Below are positions 50,421 through 64,000 of a stretch of 64,000 nucleotides of DNA, in pieces. A program made the translations under genes and the position numbers. The notes beneath the pieces are model-generated. The model was not told the origin of the DNA. It worked only from the letters and a program-made list of their open reading frames with translations, and ran no database searches. This stretch comes from Camelus ferus (Eukaryota), in assembly GCF_009834535.1 (NCBI RefSeq), contig NC_045696.1, positions 103,666,001 through 103,730,000 on the forward strand. The letters are read 5' to 3'. Numbering within the stretch: position 1 is the first letter of the stretch; every line of letters starts with the position of its first letter.

Positions 50421-53026
50421 AGCTTATTTTTCTAAGTTCATTTTAAAAATGCTATTTTGATATTTAAATTCTCCCATGAAGACATGAATCTCTGAAATGC
50501 TAGTTAACATCATCTGTCAAAGTACCTCTTTCCTGAAAATGTTTAAAGAGCAAAAAGATACATTAAAAATGTCACCATAAAATATAACTTCTTCAGGATG
50601 TCACGACTTAAAGAGAAGCTGAAATGCAAAGTAAATGACTCTTAAAGAAGTCATTTAGGACCCTGTCCAGAAAACTGCCAGCTCAGCTTTTTAGTTGTTA
50701 CAATGCCTGGTCAACGTCTGTCAATATGTTTTTCACTTCAAACGTAACCAAAATAAACTTCTAAAAGTTGGTCTGTCACAGTAACTAGTCTTCTATTTAG
50801 TCTCAACATAGAAAGCAATACAAAAACAACTATTAGGCAAAGACACGACATGTTTAGGAATTTTCCTCCTTTGCATCATTTTACAATCATAAAATTAAGA
50901 AATTCCTTTATACATCACACATCCACACTCAACTATTATTTTAAAAACACATTCTAAGGCCAAATAAGGACAAGATGAGACCTATTCATTAAGTCATCTG
51001 TATCACTATATTACCACAATCTCAACAAATTAATCCCCACATCTGGGTGTCTACGTCTTTATTCTATAAATTAATTAATTGATTAATCAATGTATTTGAA
51101 GAAAACTTTTCAACAAGGTTGGTAAGGAGCAATGACCAGATTTATTTAAAGCAATACTCTACTATGATCACTGACCTATGATCACGCTTATCACTCCTAA
51201 GGAAGTTCCTGGTGTGGAGAAGAGAAGCAGTATTAATGTTACTCGATTTGTTTACAGACCACCTACTCCTTAAAAGGAGTTAAGGTAGAGATTTAGGAGC
51301 TATGGATTCCATGTGTGACTCCTACTTACCTGATATGAAAATTCTATATCCAGACTGCCTATAAAAACTATAATATTCAGAACCCATAAAGATCTAAATG
51401 GTATCTACCGACTTTTGACTTAGCTTATCACATTATCCACAAGGGTAGAAAACAATGGAACGAAAGCAAAGTGAGGAAGGCTTTGTGCTACAGTTTCTTT
51501 CACCCTATTCCACAAGGGAACATGCTAGGGGGGCACCTAGAATCCAAGAAATATCTAACTATATTGAAATGACCTCAGGTAACCACTGCTAGCCTTAAAA
51601 TATCTTCCAAGTTGCTATGCATCTAGAAAAATAATTTAAGATGGATAAAAATAATTGGTTTTATAATTTTCTCCAACACAAATATCTGGAAAGGCAAGGG
51701 TTTAATACAAACAAACAAAAAAGTAAACTAACTTCAGTTACTCATTTACAAGTCTACATATTAGGAACAACCCAAAGTATTCAATTTATTAAAAATTACT
51801 AGTTTTGTATGTCACTGATTTTTCTGCGATATGGAATCAACATACATTAAGTAACAAATTAAGATTTAAATAGTTTCACGTCCCAATCTCAGTTTTGCTT
51901 CTAACTTCCTTTATTATATGCACAAATTATTCAGCCTTTTGGTGACTCAGTTTCATCATTTATAACATGTAAGTAACAACAGAATTCTAATACAACAGGG
52001 ACAGGTGATTTACGATTAAAGACGTGAAGTGTATTACTTTAACTCTTTTTGGGTTACTAAATATCTCATCCACCGTATGTTCATTCCAACAACTCTCCAT
52101 TCCCTAGCTTTAACTCTTACCTCTGAATAAGACTGCATCCTTACAGCACAGCTCTGCACTAGAATTATGTCCACAAACACTATTGCAGAGAAGAGGCGGT
52201 ACACTCTAACTTGATGAATTAGAATTTACTATGATATTCTCAAAGTGCTATTACACTTTCAAAAGATGAGAAATCTACCTAGGAGTTCATTCCCTTACAA
52301 TGCCCTACTTAGTTAAGCGACTTGTACAAACTTTAAGGGGTAATTTATTCTCAAGAGTAATAAAATAATGATGAACTTTGAGAAAAGTTTGAATGAATGG
52401 GCAAAATTTAGCCTACAGAAAAACCTGAGGTATATGGCAGTTGTTTTCAAAAACTTGAAAGAGTGTCATGTGAAACATGGATTAAACTTGTTCTCCAGAA
52501 ATCCAGGGGACAGAATTAAAAACAATTAACAGGAAGATAAATTTTGAGGCAATGAAAAGTCACATGAAAGCAAGCACTGAGTCTGTCTTGTTCTCGTGGT
52601 TGTATGAATAAACAGCACCCAGCAAGTTCCTGGCGTGCAGTACATTCTCCTTTTGATAGACGTTAATCAACTAAATGCAACAGTTTTTTAAGAGTCAGAA
52701 TGGTTCCAAGACCCAACAGGCTGCTTAGGAGGCAGTGAACTCCTTGGTCACTGGAACATTATTAAGCAAATGCCAGATGATCACTTGTCAAAGATAATTG
52801 TCAGTATGAACTAAGCATAAGGCATTTAGTCCAGCTCAATGAACATGAAGGCTCCTTTAAACTCTGAGATTTCATAATTCTAAAAATAAACTCAGAATGT
52901 AAAAGAAAAGTAAAAGTTCCAGATGAAAAATGTCTTCTTGATGATGGCTGCCTAGGAAATGTATGTATAAAATGTTTCAATCAATATATATCATGCAAAT
53001 GATAATTTACCAATTGTTTTACAAAC

Positions 53027-53144
53027 CTTAAAGATTTCTCAACAACTTGGGTACGGTAAACCTCTTCCTGGTCCAAATTTATGGTGCAGAAACAATCTCT
53101 CATTTTGTGGGGTCCAAGATATGGCAATAAATTTTTTGCTTCAC
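53027..53144 (-). CDS. RASA2: RASA2 coding exon (~exon 2), C2A start: [39 protein letters not shown]
   Basis: 118 nt; acceptor CCAACAG|GT, donor AG|GTTTGT; in frame with the exon at 48561-48664. Confidence 0.95.
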
Positions 53145-53379
53145 CTGTTGGCACAAAAATTAAAACTGATGTTAAAAATCACCACCTGCTATATGCTAAG
53201 CCTTATATAGAATAAATTAAATTCAAAAGAATATATAAGATGTAGCACAGAAAAAAAAATTACTGATTAGAGAAAGATGATGATCAACTTGATCTAAAGG
53301 AGTCTGGTGAGACAGAAGGGAGGAGCTGTGTACACAGGGGTGTGTGAGATCATGTTATACCACTGGGTCCCTCCTCCTA

Positions 53380-54852
53380 GAAAAGGGCAATCCCCCAACT
53401 TGTGCCCTCCAACCCATCCCACCAGCGCCACCCCAAAGACTTGTCTCCATAATTAATCCCTCTTTTTTGTATCACCATTAATTTCCCTCTCTACTGGATC
53501 ATTCCCATCAGCTCATGAACAAGCTTTGGCATTTCCCAATTTTTTAAAAGTACAAAAAAGAAAAAAGAAATCTCCCTTGACTCTACCTCCTCCCTCAGGA
53601 TATTATTCCATTTCTAGACTCCCTTTCACAGCAAAACTTCTCAAAAGCAATCATCTCTAGTCACTATCTCCAATTCCTTACCTTCTATTCATTCTTTGAT
53701 CCTCTTCAGCTTCTAACCCAATAATGACACTGAAACTGCTCTAGCCAAAGTCACCAATGCATTCCATATTGCCAATGGCATGTCTCTGTCCTGATCACAC
53801 CTGATCTGGCAGCAGTATTTAATACAAGTGGAGGCAAACATCCCTCCTTAAAAATCCCTCTTTCCCTAGCTTCCACACCCAGTATTTCTGGCTTTCCTCC
53901 TACATCACTGGCCCTCTGCTGACTTCCCTCCCTTCTCACCTCTGAATGTTGCAATGCTTCAGGGTTCAGTTCTGGACCACTTTCTCTTCTTTCCCTATGC
54001 AAATTCCTTCAGGGTATGTGGTGTTAATGCTAATGCCTCCCAAATCTGCATTTCCCACCCTGATTACTGCTCCCCAACACTAGATGTGAATATTCAACTG
54101 CCTCCTTGAATATTCAGTAGGCTTCTCAAACTTAAGCCCCAGATCATCTGATTTCTTCCCCAAAGAACACAGGCTTACCCCAGTCTACCAGCATCTTCTC
54201 TCTTTTTCACTATCCTTCCAAAACCTCCCACCCCTATATCCAACCCATCAGTAAATCCAGCAGACCTCCAAATAAATCCCAAATCCCACCACTTCTTCTT
54301 GCCTTCATTAGTATTACCCTACAGCCCACCTTCCATCAAGCATGTGATCTTTTAAACACACTATTCAGGTCATTCCCCTACTCCAATACGGTTCCATTTC
54401 ACTTAGCGTACAAGGCCATTTCTAAATCCCTATTTTCATGGTCTTCACAGCTCTACTGGACTGTGCTCTTCTCTCTGGCCTCTTCTCCTCCCACTCACCC
54501 TCTTCCCTTACATTAACCATGCCCAGCCTGTTCAAGGGGAGGGCCTCTGCCTGGAACGCTCTAACCCTCCCTCTCCTTATGGCTGCCTCTTCTTACCACT
54601 CAGGTCTCAGCTCAAATGCCACTTCCTCAGAAAAACCCTTCCTGACTATTCTATCTAAAGTAGATAAGCCTGCTACCATATTCTATTTCTGCTTGTTTTC
54701 TTGACAGCATTTACAACTATCTGAAACTGTTCATTTTTACTTAAGTTTATTTTTGGTTCCCTCAATTCAAGGCCTGAGAACTTGCTGATCCCCAAGATTT
54801 AAAACAGTGACTGTCACACAGGTGACACTTGAGAAATAGTTGCTGAATGAAT
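53380..54852 (+). mobile_element. LINE-2 remnant
   Basis: actgaaactgctctagccaaagtcaccaat, caggtctcagctcaaatgccacttcctcag, and a terminal gttgctgaatgaat. Confidence 0.7.
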
Positions 54853-56799
54853 ATTAGAAGAAGCCTGTAAGTCTAGTTTCGAAGTTCTCGTGATATGAGA
54901 TGCTCATGGGCTGAAAGGACACACAGAAGTGTGGGCGCTGAAGTCAGACACCAGTGAACTACATTAGGAAAGCAAGGTGGTTGGCACAGGGCAAGAGCAT
55001 TTCCCTGAGAATCATGAAACCAATGCTCCTGTCTCACCTATGCCACTAAGCAGCAAACGACTTCAAAGCTCTGAAGAACAGTTTTCCTGATGAAAGCCTG
55101 AGCTAGATAAACTCAAGTCTCTTTCTGCTTGTCAACTTTAAAGGCCACTTAAACCAATATATTTTAAAGAAGTCAATCAGAAACTTAAGAAGCACTGATG
55201 AAAAACCCAGTAACAAATAGTTCTCTAAAATTAAAATTAGAAAATCAATGGAAAGGCACCAGTAAGATACTCATTGTTAAGTGTGTCACTGAGAGGTTAG
55301 GGAAAAAAGTCAAGGAACCACTTAAACAGAATAAACATACTTATATTCATCTCAAGTCAGAATCAAGGAATCTGATCTTTTAAAATGACCCTCAGATTGT
55401 CTAACGTGAGTTGGCCTTTATAAATACACTGGTTTCCTAACAGAAAAAAAATTATATGTATTTGAATTTGTATCCATCCATTTTCCTGTTCCACATGAGA
55501 AGAGATCCCCCTCCTCTTCTCCAAAGCTCATCCATCTACCGGTGCTCTCTCTACCCCATTCCCTCCCTCTCACGCTAGGACACTGCCAACCAATTCTATT
55601 TCCAATCTTCTCCTTTAAGTCTCTCTTTCATTGACAGCTCCCCTCTGTATAACCCAGAGGGTTTTGGTTTGTTTTCTCTCAACTGAAAATACAACTAGGT
55701 CACCATATAAGGCCTGGAAAGTAAACAAATTTGGAATTAAATCATAATAAAATGCTCCGTATCTAATGAGGGAATCTGGAACACTCAATCACTGCCCTTG
55801 AACATGTTGCTATTTTATTCACATAAGCGCAGTTTGAGCAAATGCCACTGTATTAAGTGTACATGTATTCTACCACCCACCTGTTTAAGAGGGAGACAGT
55901 GGGGATCATTTTGTCAGCAGAATCTAATGACTTTGACATTGTCAGATATTTACTTAGAATAAGTAAAAATTCAACTTCTATGTAATACATAAAATGCACT
56001 CAACATCACTTCTTAGAAAGGCAGTTGTCATAATCTGTACTCTTTGAGTGTCACTAACGTTCAAAATAAACTACCTTGCAAGTAAATTCATCGAAATCAA
56101 TGCCAGATCACAAATCAATCATGTTAATATGTTGATTAAGTCAGCTATCAAGGCTTTAAACTGTAACTCCAAACTACAGTAGTAATTAATTGGCACTTTA
56201 TAAAAAAAATCAAAATAATTAACTGCAACTTTATTTTTAAAAAACAAAAAATGAAGTAACTAATGGTTAGAGAATTAATAAAAATCACGTTGTACCCATT
56301 ACATCTCTAAGCAGAGATTATTTTAATAGCACACACTTTATATCAAGCTACACAAAAAGGTCAGACGTCAGGAACTTTAGAATATACTTGTCTTACATGT
56401 GATATCTGCGTAAGGCCTCACTAGTTCTAGTTAATTACTGTATATAAATAAGCAAGTGCTTTGGACCAAAAAAATAAAAACACTAACAAAAAATTACTGC
56501 TCCTTAAAAGGCAAGCTTCTGGAAAACTTAATTTAAAATCTCGCTCCAATCCTTCACCTCCTACTCACAGCCTGAACCTGAAATTTGGCTTCTGACCCTT
56601 TCTTTACTAGAACTTTCAAGAACAATAATAATATTAAGTGTTACCAAATCAAAGGACTGCTTTTCTGGTGCGACCTTATTTAACCACACTTTAGTATTTG
56701 ATAACACTGACCCTTCCTCAATTTAGGTAACCCATTCTAATGGTTTTCCATTGACTCCCTTTTTCGGGCTTTTCATCCATTACCCACACTTGACTGGCC

Positions 56800-57100
56800 T
56801 GTCGATGTCTGTTTCCTAATAGCAGCGGACTTCTTATCATGGCACAGGTGGCAGAGTTCTAAGACTAGCAGCTACAAGTTACAGCTTCCTAATTTTGCAG
56901 GCACCTTTCTGATCCTAAAAGTGGTAATTACGCCCCTTGTGGTCCAGGTGCAATGTGGCTTTTGAATGTCATGCCTGAAAGTTTGACTAGAGTCCGTTTC
57001 TTCAGTCTTTCCAACAACTCTATAAGCCATTTAAAATCTTTTATTAAATCTCTTTCTGCTTAAACTAGCTAGAGTTGATTCTGTAACCTAATCCTGACTA
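56800..57100 (+). mobile_element. ERVL LTR (LTR33-like) fragment
   Basis: attaaatctctttctgcttaaactagctagagttgattctg 3' LTR motif. Confidence 0.55.
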
Positions 57101-58738
57101 GTTTCTCTTATCTTTTCCATTTTTTCTAACAAATCTGAAAATCCCTATCTGGATCAAACATGAACTCAAAAATTATAAAGCAGTATTTCACTCATAACTA
57201 CTTTTATTGTTCCATTAGACAATGAGTTGAATAGCAAAGTGTGCACAAGAGGTGAATGCTTCAACTTGGGAAATGGAGACAAATGGATCTTAATTCTTTG
57301 TATTGCTATATCTGCCTCTGGAAAACATTTCTTTGTTTCCTACTTTAGCATTTGGATGTGGTTTTTAAAACACGCTCAATGATACAGTATCATGTTTCCA
57401 CGAACTTGGTTGTGCCAAACACTCAACATCCAAACCATGTGCACCGTTTCTGGCACCTCCATCTTATCCTCAAATTTACACATCCTATTTCGACTCTAAA
57501 GTAATAAGATTAAAGTAGTCAAGACATTCAATACATTGCTGAGATAGGACACCTGAGCAAGACAGCTGAAATGATGCAAGTGGTTTTTACTTGCATTTGA
57601 ACGAAAGTAAGAAATGTTTTTAGCTTATTCTTCATTTAAAAAACTCTGTCCATGCCAGGGTACTAATATATGCAAAAGCAGGTATTTGTCCTACAAAGGT
57701 AGATGTACCATTGGTCCTGTAGCAAATAATATAGATCTAATGACATTTACAACTGTCACTATGTCCTTCAACAATGAATCAAGGTCAGGAGGCATATTAT
57801 TGACAAAACAACTGCTCTTCTATGAAGAAAGGAGGCTGGCTTTCAAATACAACATCTTTTATTCTATAACAACACCCCTTCTTGTTGAATTCATAACTGG
57901 TACTCTTTAATAACTTTTCTAGGTTTACATGACTTACAACATAATTGTTAACCAAATTTTTTTAAAAACGCTTCTATCCTAAAGAATAGACTTTTAGAGA
58001 TGAACTAATCTTCCACTGGGCATTTCTTCTCCCTCACAGATGTACTGCAAGTATGCCAAGAACGTCTTCACACTACATATGAGTGGTTTTGTCCAACCAT
58101 AAAATGCAATAGCCACCTGCCCCTTCATGTGATAGTAACTGTTTCTCTGCATCATATATATCTTGCAACATCATACACAGAGTATATAATAAAATGTAGT
58201 ATTTAGCTTTGATCCCCATCCTTCACACTGTTACCAGTTACCTTTTAAATATGTAACCAAATATATCACTCATTCAAAAGTCTTCAATGGCTCCACACCA
58301 TCTACCCCTGCCCCAGGATAAAATCTAAAATTTCTTAGTCTGGCATAAAAACTCTCATGATCTGGCACCACCTACTACTAAATCTTTACCCCCACAAATT
58401 ATGCTCCAGCAGTACTGTACTTTTGGTCCCTTGAACACACTGTGTTCTCTCATGTCTGCAATGCTATTGTCATTGTATGGGATGCTCTCACCTGATTTTT
58501 TTCCCCAAACAGGGAAATCTTTCTCAGGGCATCTTTGTAAAGCCTTCCCTCAACTCCTAGGTAGTCATGTCACCCTTTCCTCTACTTCCTACTGCATCTT
58601 ATATGCACTGCCACTATAAGGATCAAACTGTATTGCACTTGTATTTCATTCCAACAAATATTTATTTAGTGCCTACAGCATGCCAGGCACCTTTCTAAAT
58701 GCTGGGAACATAACAGTGACTAAAAATAAGTCTGCCCA

Positions 58739-59448
58739 GTTTGGTGCAGCCACTGTGGAAAACAGTATGGAGATTCCTCAAAAGACTACAAATAGACTTA
58801 CCATATGACCCAGGAATCCCACTCCTGGGTATATATCCAGAAGGAACCCTACTTCAGGATGACACATGCACCCCAATGTTCATAGCAGCATTATTTACAA
58901 TAGCCAAGAAATGGAAACAGCCTAAATGTCCATCAATGGATGACTGGATAAAGAAGATGTGGTATATTCATACAATGGAACACTACTCAGCCATAAAAAC
59001 CGACAACATAACGCCATTTGCAGCAACATGGATGCTCCTGGAGAATGTCATTCTAAGTGAAATAAGCCAGAAAGAGAAAGAAAAATACCGTATGAGATTG
59101 CTTATATGTGGAATCTAAAACAAAACAAAACAAAAACAAACAAACAAAAAAACATACAAAGCATAAATACAAAACAGAAATAGACTCACAGACATAGAAT
59201 ACAAACTTGTGGTTGCCAAGGGGGCAGGGGGTGGGAAGAGATAGACTGGGATTTCAAAATTGTAGAATAGATAAACAAGATTATACTGTATAGCACAGGG
59301 AAATATACACAAAATCTTATGGTAGCTCACAGAGAAAAAAATGTGACAGTGAATATATATATGTTCGTGTATAATTGAAAAATTGTGCTCTACACTGGAA
59401 TTTGACACAACATTGTAAAATGATTATAAATCAATAAAAAATGTTAAA
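58739..59448 (+). mobile_element. 5'-truncated young LINE-1 (ORF2 C-terminus + 3'UTR + poly-A)
   Basis: Uninterrupted ORF 58741-59118 ([37 protein letters not shown]); 17-bp TSD aaaaataagt(c/g)tgccca at 58722-58738 and 59449-59465. Confidence 0.95.
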
Positions 59449-59650
59449 AAAAATAAGTGTGCCCACATGGAACTGTTGTGCAATCTAGACAGAGGGGACA
59501 AACATCATAAACACTTAAACTTAAGTAAGTACATAATATTTACTGCTATAAAAGAAACAAATACTTACTGCCAAGGAAGAAAAGAAAGTAAGGTAAGAGA
59601 GTTAGGGAATGCCCAGAGGTTAGAGAGAGGGAGGAGGGCAATGTTTTTTT

Positions 59651-61506
59651 TTGTGTGTATATATATATTTTATATTGAAGTACAGTCAGTATACAATGTT
59701 GTGTCAATTTCTAGTGTACAGCATAATGCCTCCATCATACATGAACATACATATATTCATTTTCATATTCTCTTTCACCATAAGTTACTGTAAGATATTG
59801 AATATAGTTCCTTGTGCTATACAGTTGTTGTGTATTTTATACATGTTAGATTTATTTATACATTTACATATGTATACATATATGTAGTATTCCACTGTAA
59901 AAATATACCATAACTTCTTTATCCAGTCATCTGTTGATGGACATTTAAGTTGTTTCCATGTCCTGGCTATTGTAAATAGTGCTGCTATGAACATTGGGGT
60001 GCATTATCCTTTTGAATTAAGGTTCCCTCTGGATATATGCCCAAGTGTGGGATTGCTGGATCATATGGTAAGTCTATTTTTAGTCTTGAGGAATTTCCAT
60101 ACTGTTTTCCATGAGGGCTGCACCAAACTACATTCCCACCAACAGTGTATGAGGGTTCCCTTTTCTCCACACCCTCTCCAGCATATGGCTTATGGACTTT
60201 TGCTTGTATTGTCTGTTTTAAGAGGGGAAGGTAATTTGGTTTATTCATTGATTTCTGTTTGGAGGAGGTACTGGGGATTGAACCCAGGACCTCTTGCATG
60301 GTGAGCATGCGCTCTACCACTTGAGCTATACCCTTCCCCCAATGGTTTGTGGACGTCTGAATGACGGCCATTCTGACTGGTGTGAGGGGATACCTCACTG
60401 TAGCTTTGATTTGCATTTCTCTGATAATTAGCGATACTGAGCATTTTTTCATGTGCCTATTGGCATTTATATATCTTCATTGTTTAGGTCTTCTGCTCAT
60501 TTTTTTTTTATTGGGTTTTGTTTTTTGTTTTTTGTTTTTGTTATTGAGTTGAATGAGCTGTTTGTATATTCTGGAAATTAAGCCCTTGCCAGTCTCATCA
60601 CTTGCAAATATTTTCCCCCGTTCTGTAGGTTGTCTTTTCATTTTGTTTACAGTTTCCTTTGCTGTGCAGAAGCTTGTAAGTTTAATTAGGTCCCATTTGT
60701 TTATTTTTGCTTTTATCCCTATTGCCTGGGTATTGTCCACCCTAGGACAACACTGCTGAGATTTATGTCAGATAATGTTTCGCCTATGTTTTCTTCTAGG
60801 AGGTTTATAGTGTCTTATGTCTAAATCTTGAAGCCATTTTGAGTTTATTTTTGTGTATGGCGTGAAGGAGTATTCATGATTTACATGCAGTTGTCCAGTT
60901 TTCCCAACACCACTTGCTGAAGAGACTGTCTTTTTACTCCACTGTATGTTCTTGCCTCCTTTGTCAAAGATTAATTGACCAAAAGTTTGTGGGTTTCTTT
61001 CTGGGCTCTCTATTCTGTTCCATTGTCCCAAATGTCTGTTTTTGTACCAATACCATGCTGTCTTGATTACTGTAGCTCTGTAGTATTGCCTAAAGTCTGG
61101 GAGGGTTATTTCTCCAAAATAATTCTTTCTTCAGTAATGCTTTGGCAATTCTGGATCTTTCGTGATTCCATATAAATTTTAGTATTATTTGTTCTAATTT
61201 TGTGAAAAATGTCCTGGGTAATTTGATAGCGATCGCATTCAATCTGTAGATTGCTTTGGGTAGTATGGCCATTTTAACAATATTAATTCTTCCAATCCAA
61301 GAACATGGGATATCTTTCCATTTCTTTAAGTCATCTTTAATTTCCTGAGTCACGTTTTGTAGTTCTCCATGTAAAAGTCTTTCACTTCTTTGGTCAGATT
61401 TATTCCTAAGTATTTTATTTTTTTGGATGCAATTTTAAAAGGGATTGTTTCTTTCCTTTTCTGATATTTCATTGTTAGTGTAAGGAAATGCAACTGATTT
61501 CTGTAT
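59651..61506 (-). mobile_element. 5'-truncated LINE-1 (ORF2 3' half + 3'UTR) with internal deletions and a nested SINE
   Basis: ORF2 fragments ([60 protein letters not shown]); TSD ggcaatgtt(t/a)tttt at 59637-59650 and 61507-61520. Confidence 0.93.
60198..60340 (-). mobile_element. tRNA-derived SINE (vic-1-like) nested in L1 ORF2
   Basis: tRNA head on the minus strand; TSD atgg(c/t)tt(a/g)tggac at 60185-60197 and 60342-60354; interrupts L1 ORF2 homology. Confidence 0.88.
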
Positions 61507-62163
61507 GGCAATGTTATTTTCTACAGGGAATCAAGATATTTGAGGAGATACTTGAAAGAAATCAATGAGGTAATGAGCCAGGTAGATATCTGGGCAAAGA
61601 GATGGAGAAGCAGGGAGAATAAAACATGCAAGGGGCCTGAGACAGGATAGTTTGGTACACTGACGGAACAGCAAGGAGGCAGTATGGCTGTAAAATAAGC
61701 AAAGCAGGGAGGGGGGGACATGGCAAGAGATGAGGTAGGGGTGGGGAGGAAGCAGGTTAAATAAGGTCCTGTAGGCCAATGGAAAGTCTTGGGCTTTTCT
61801 GAATGAGATGCGAAGCTCCTGAAAGATTATGGACAGAAGAATGATCTAACTTTTGTTCTAAAGAATCACTGCAGAAGGACAAGGGTGGAAGCAGGAGACT
61901 AGACAGAAAGCTATAATAATAATTTTGATTGGAGATAACTCAGACAAGGGGGGCAGTCCTGGCATGGAGAGAAGTGGTCAGTTGGGCTTATATTTTGAAG
62001 ATAAAGCCAAAAGGATTTTTGATATTTTGGATTTGAGTGTGAGAGAAAAAGGGGTCAAGAATTACTTCTCAAAGAGTTTCAGTCTGAGCAGCTGGATGAA
62101 TAGAGATGCCATTTCCTGAGGAAAGAGCCTCTTGCAAAAGGAGGATCAAGAGTTTGTACTGAG

Positions 62164-62318
62164 GGGTACAGCTCAGTGGTAGAGTGCATGCTTAGCATGT
62201 ACAAGGTCCTGGATTCAATCCTTAGTACCTCCATAAAAAAAATTATAATAAATTTAAATTAAAATTTTAAAAAATCCAGGACCCTCCCCCAACATATAAA
62301 TAAATAAGTAAATAAATA
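62164..62318 (+). mobile_element. tRNA-derived SINE (vic-1-like)
   Basis: ggggtacagctcagtggtagag...ggattcaatcc head; degenerate TSD aagagtttgtactgag / aatagtctgtattgag. Confidence 0.85.
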
Positions 62319-64000
62319 AATAGTCTGTATTGAGTATATTAAGTCTGAGATACTTATTAAATATCCAAGTACAAATGTCAAGGGGGCAAAGAAGTCCTAG
62401 CTAGAGTCAAAATTTGAGAATTATTAGCAAGTACACAATATTTATAAAACCGTAAGACTATACAGGATCACATGTCAAGTAAATGTGAAGAAAAATGAAA
62501 AGAGATTTGAAGACTTGCCTCAGAGCTCTCCATCATTTTGCGTTAGTAGAGTTAAAAGAAGGAACCACCAGCAAAGGAGACTGCTACATGTCTCTTCGTT
62601 GAACTATAAACAAACTCTAAGGGACAGGACCAATTCTTAGCATCATGCCTAGTTTATAATAGACAATGAAAACCTACTGAATAAGTGTATGTATGTGTAT
62701 GTTTATAACTTTAGCATGGGCAAAGAGGTTCTAATACCACATCGCAAATGATAAAATTCCATATAAACTACTTTTTATAAGTTTATAAGCTTGATACAAA
62801 TTGATCTACATCAACTGCTCCAAAGGTTTAAAAAGAAAATATCCCCTGTATACAGTTACCAAAAGCACTAAATTTAAGTCTTTATAGCGTTACTACACAG
62901 ATATCACATTGAAAATAAACAAACCAACTCTGAAATGCACACATTCAAATGTTTACTGGGTGCCTACTAAGATGCTAGGGATGCATTAGTGAGAAAAACA
63001 GACAAAATTATGTCCTCATTGAGCTAACACAGATGGACACATAGATAACAAATAAGATCAATAAGTAAAAATAGCACGTTAGTATTAAGCAGGAATGGGC
63101 ACCACATGAAATGGCAGAGGGAAGGGAACCAAGGAAGGCTCTGCATAAATGCCTGAAGAAAGAGGGTAGACATTTGTTTTATAGAAAATATCTTTTAGTC
63201 GTTGGCAAAGAGCAAACAATTTAAACCAACAAGATAAACACCACTGGGAATCAAAATTGATAAGATAACTTAGATTAACAGAAATAGAAAGAAGGCCAAT
63301 TCTCTGTGTAACAAGATCAGTGACTGTGCAAAGGTCACCAGTAGTAAATCCAGATAGTACCATACAAATTTTACCTAGGACTGGAATTCCAAGTATCAGG
63401 CTACTGGGTAGAGATTCTGGTGTACATGTTTCCGGACATAATGTGAATATATGCACACATGCACTTATGTGTACGTTTTAGAGGGGACTGCTTGCATGCA
63501 TGCATTTATATCTATAGTTTGTATGTGTGTTTCTGTGCCCTGGAGGGAGATATTACTGGGATAAATAAGAAAAGAAGATAAATATTTATTAAGCAGTTGG
63601 ATGTTCCAACACAATGCTAAATATTTTCTCAAATAACTCATTTGGTCTGTACAACAACCCTGTGATGTAAGCATTACTGTTCCTGTTCTTTTTTATAATT
63701 TTTAAAAAATTCAGTTACAGAGCTGGTACTGTGATTTAACAGAAATCAAACTCCAAAGCCCACTCTTTCCATTCCTCTTAATGTCTTTCTGAATACAGCA
63801 GCTCTGAGAGGAATAGACAGCTATTCCTTTCTGAAATTATCCTAAGAGATCCTGCAGTGTATTTCAGAGAGGTCTGATCTATTTCAAAGGACATCTTAAG
63901 TACAGAAGAGCCAACACAGACCCCAGTGTGATTAACCCCCAAGAGAAACTGCAAAGGGCCAGGGTCCTGGGCAAGATGACCCTAACATAAAGATTATTTG

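Larger units (their letters stand above)
58645..62580 (-). mobile_element. LINE-2 host element split by two L1s and a SINE
   Basis: Antisense L2 3' end (caacaaatatttatttagtgcctac..tgccaggcac) resumes at 59466-59636 and 61521-62580. Confidence 0.65.

Noticed and set aside
53021..53030. Weak exon 2 donor AG|GTTTGT as a U12-type or defective site
   Set aside because: It lacks the U12 GTATCCT consensus, keeps GT and +5G/+6T, and gives the correct frame; an ordinary weak U2 donor.
59785..61353. Cluster of ORFs with reverse-transcriptase-associated motifs as a host gene or novel RT system
   Set aside because: These are frameshifted LINE-1 ORF2 fragments inside a TSD-bounded, 5'-truncated L1.

Overview
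Mammalian, AT-rich genomic DNA, most likely camelid (seven copies of a tRNA-derived vic-1-type SINE). The whole window lies inside RASA2 (GAP1m, a GAP1-family RasGAP) on the minus strand. Twelve consecutive GT-AG coding exons (equivalent to exons 2-13: C2A, C2B and the start of the RasGAP domain with the FRGNS arginine finger) splice in frame; exon 1 lies beyond 64000 and later exons before position 1. The introns are filled with L1, L2, MIR, LTR and DNA-transposon remnants. The most notable non-host items are: (i) a ~1.7 kb TSD-flanked retrocopy of a diverged cTAGE5/MIA2-like mRNA in intron 3 with a 166-aa ORF; (ii) a ~0.8 kb Mutator (MULE)-type DNA transposon with modular TIRs, a 9-10 bp TSD and a recognisable transposase C-terminus next to exon 9; (iii) a 180-bp orphan GC-rich retro-fragment; (iv) a three-tier L2>L1>SINE nest containing an inverted L1 pair. 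I see no convincing wholly novel multi-gene system. Repeat family names and exon numbering come from recognition, not from database searches.
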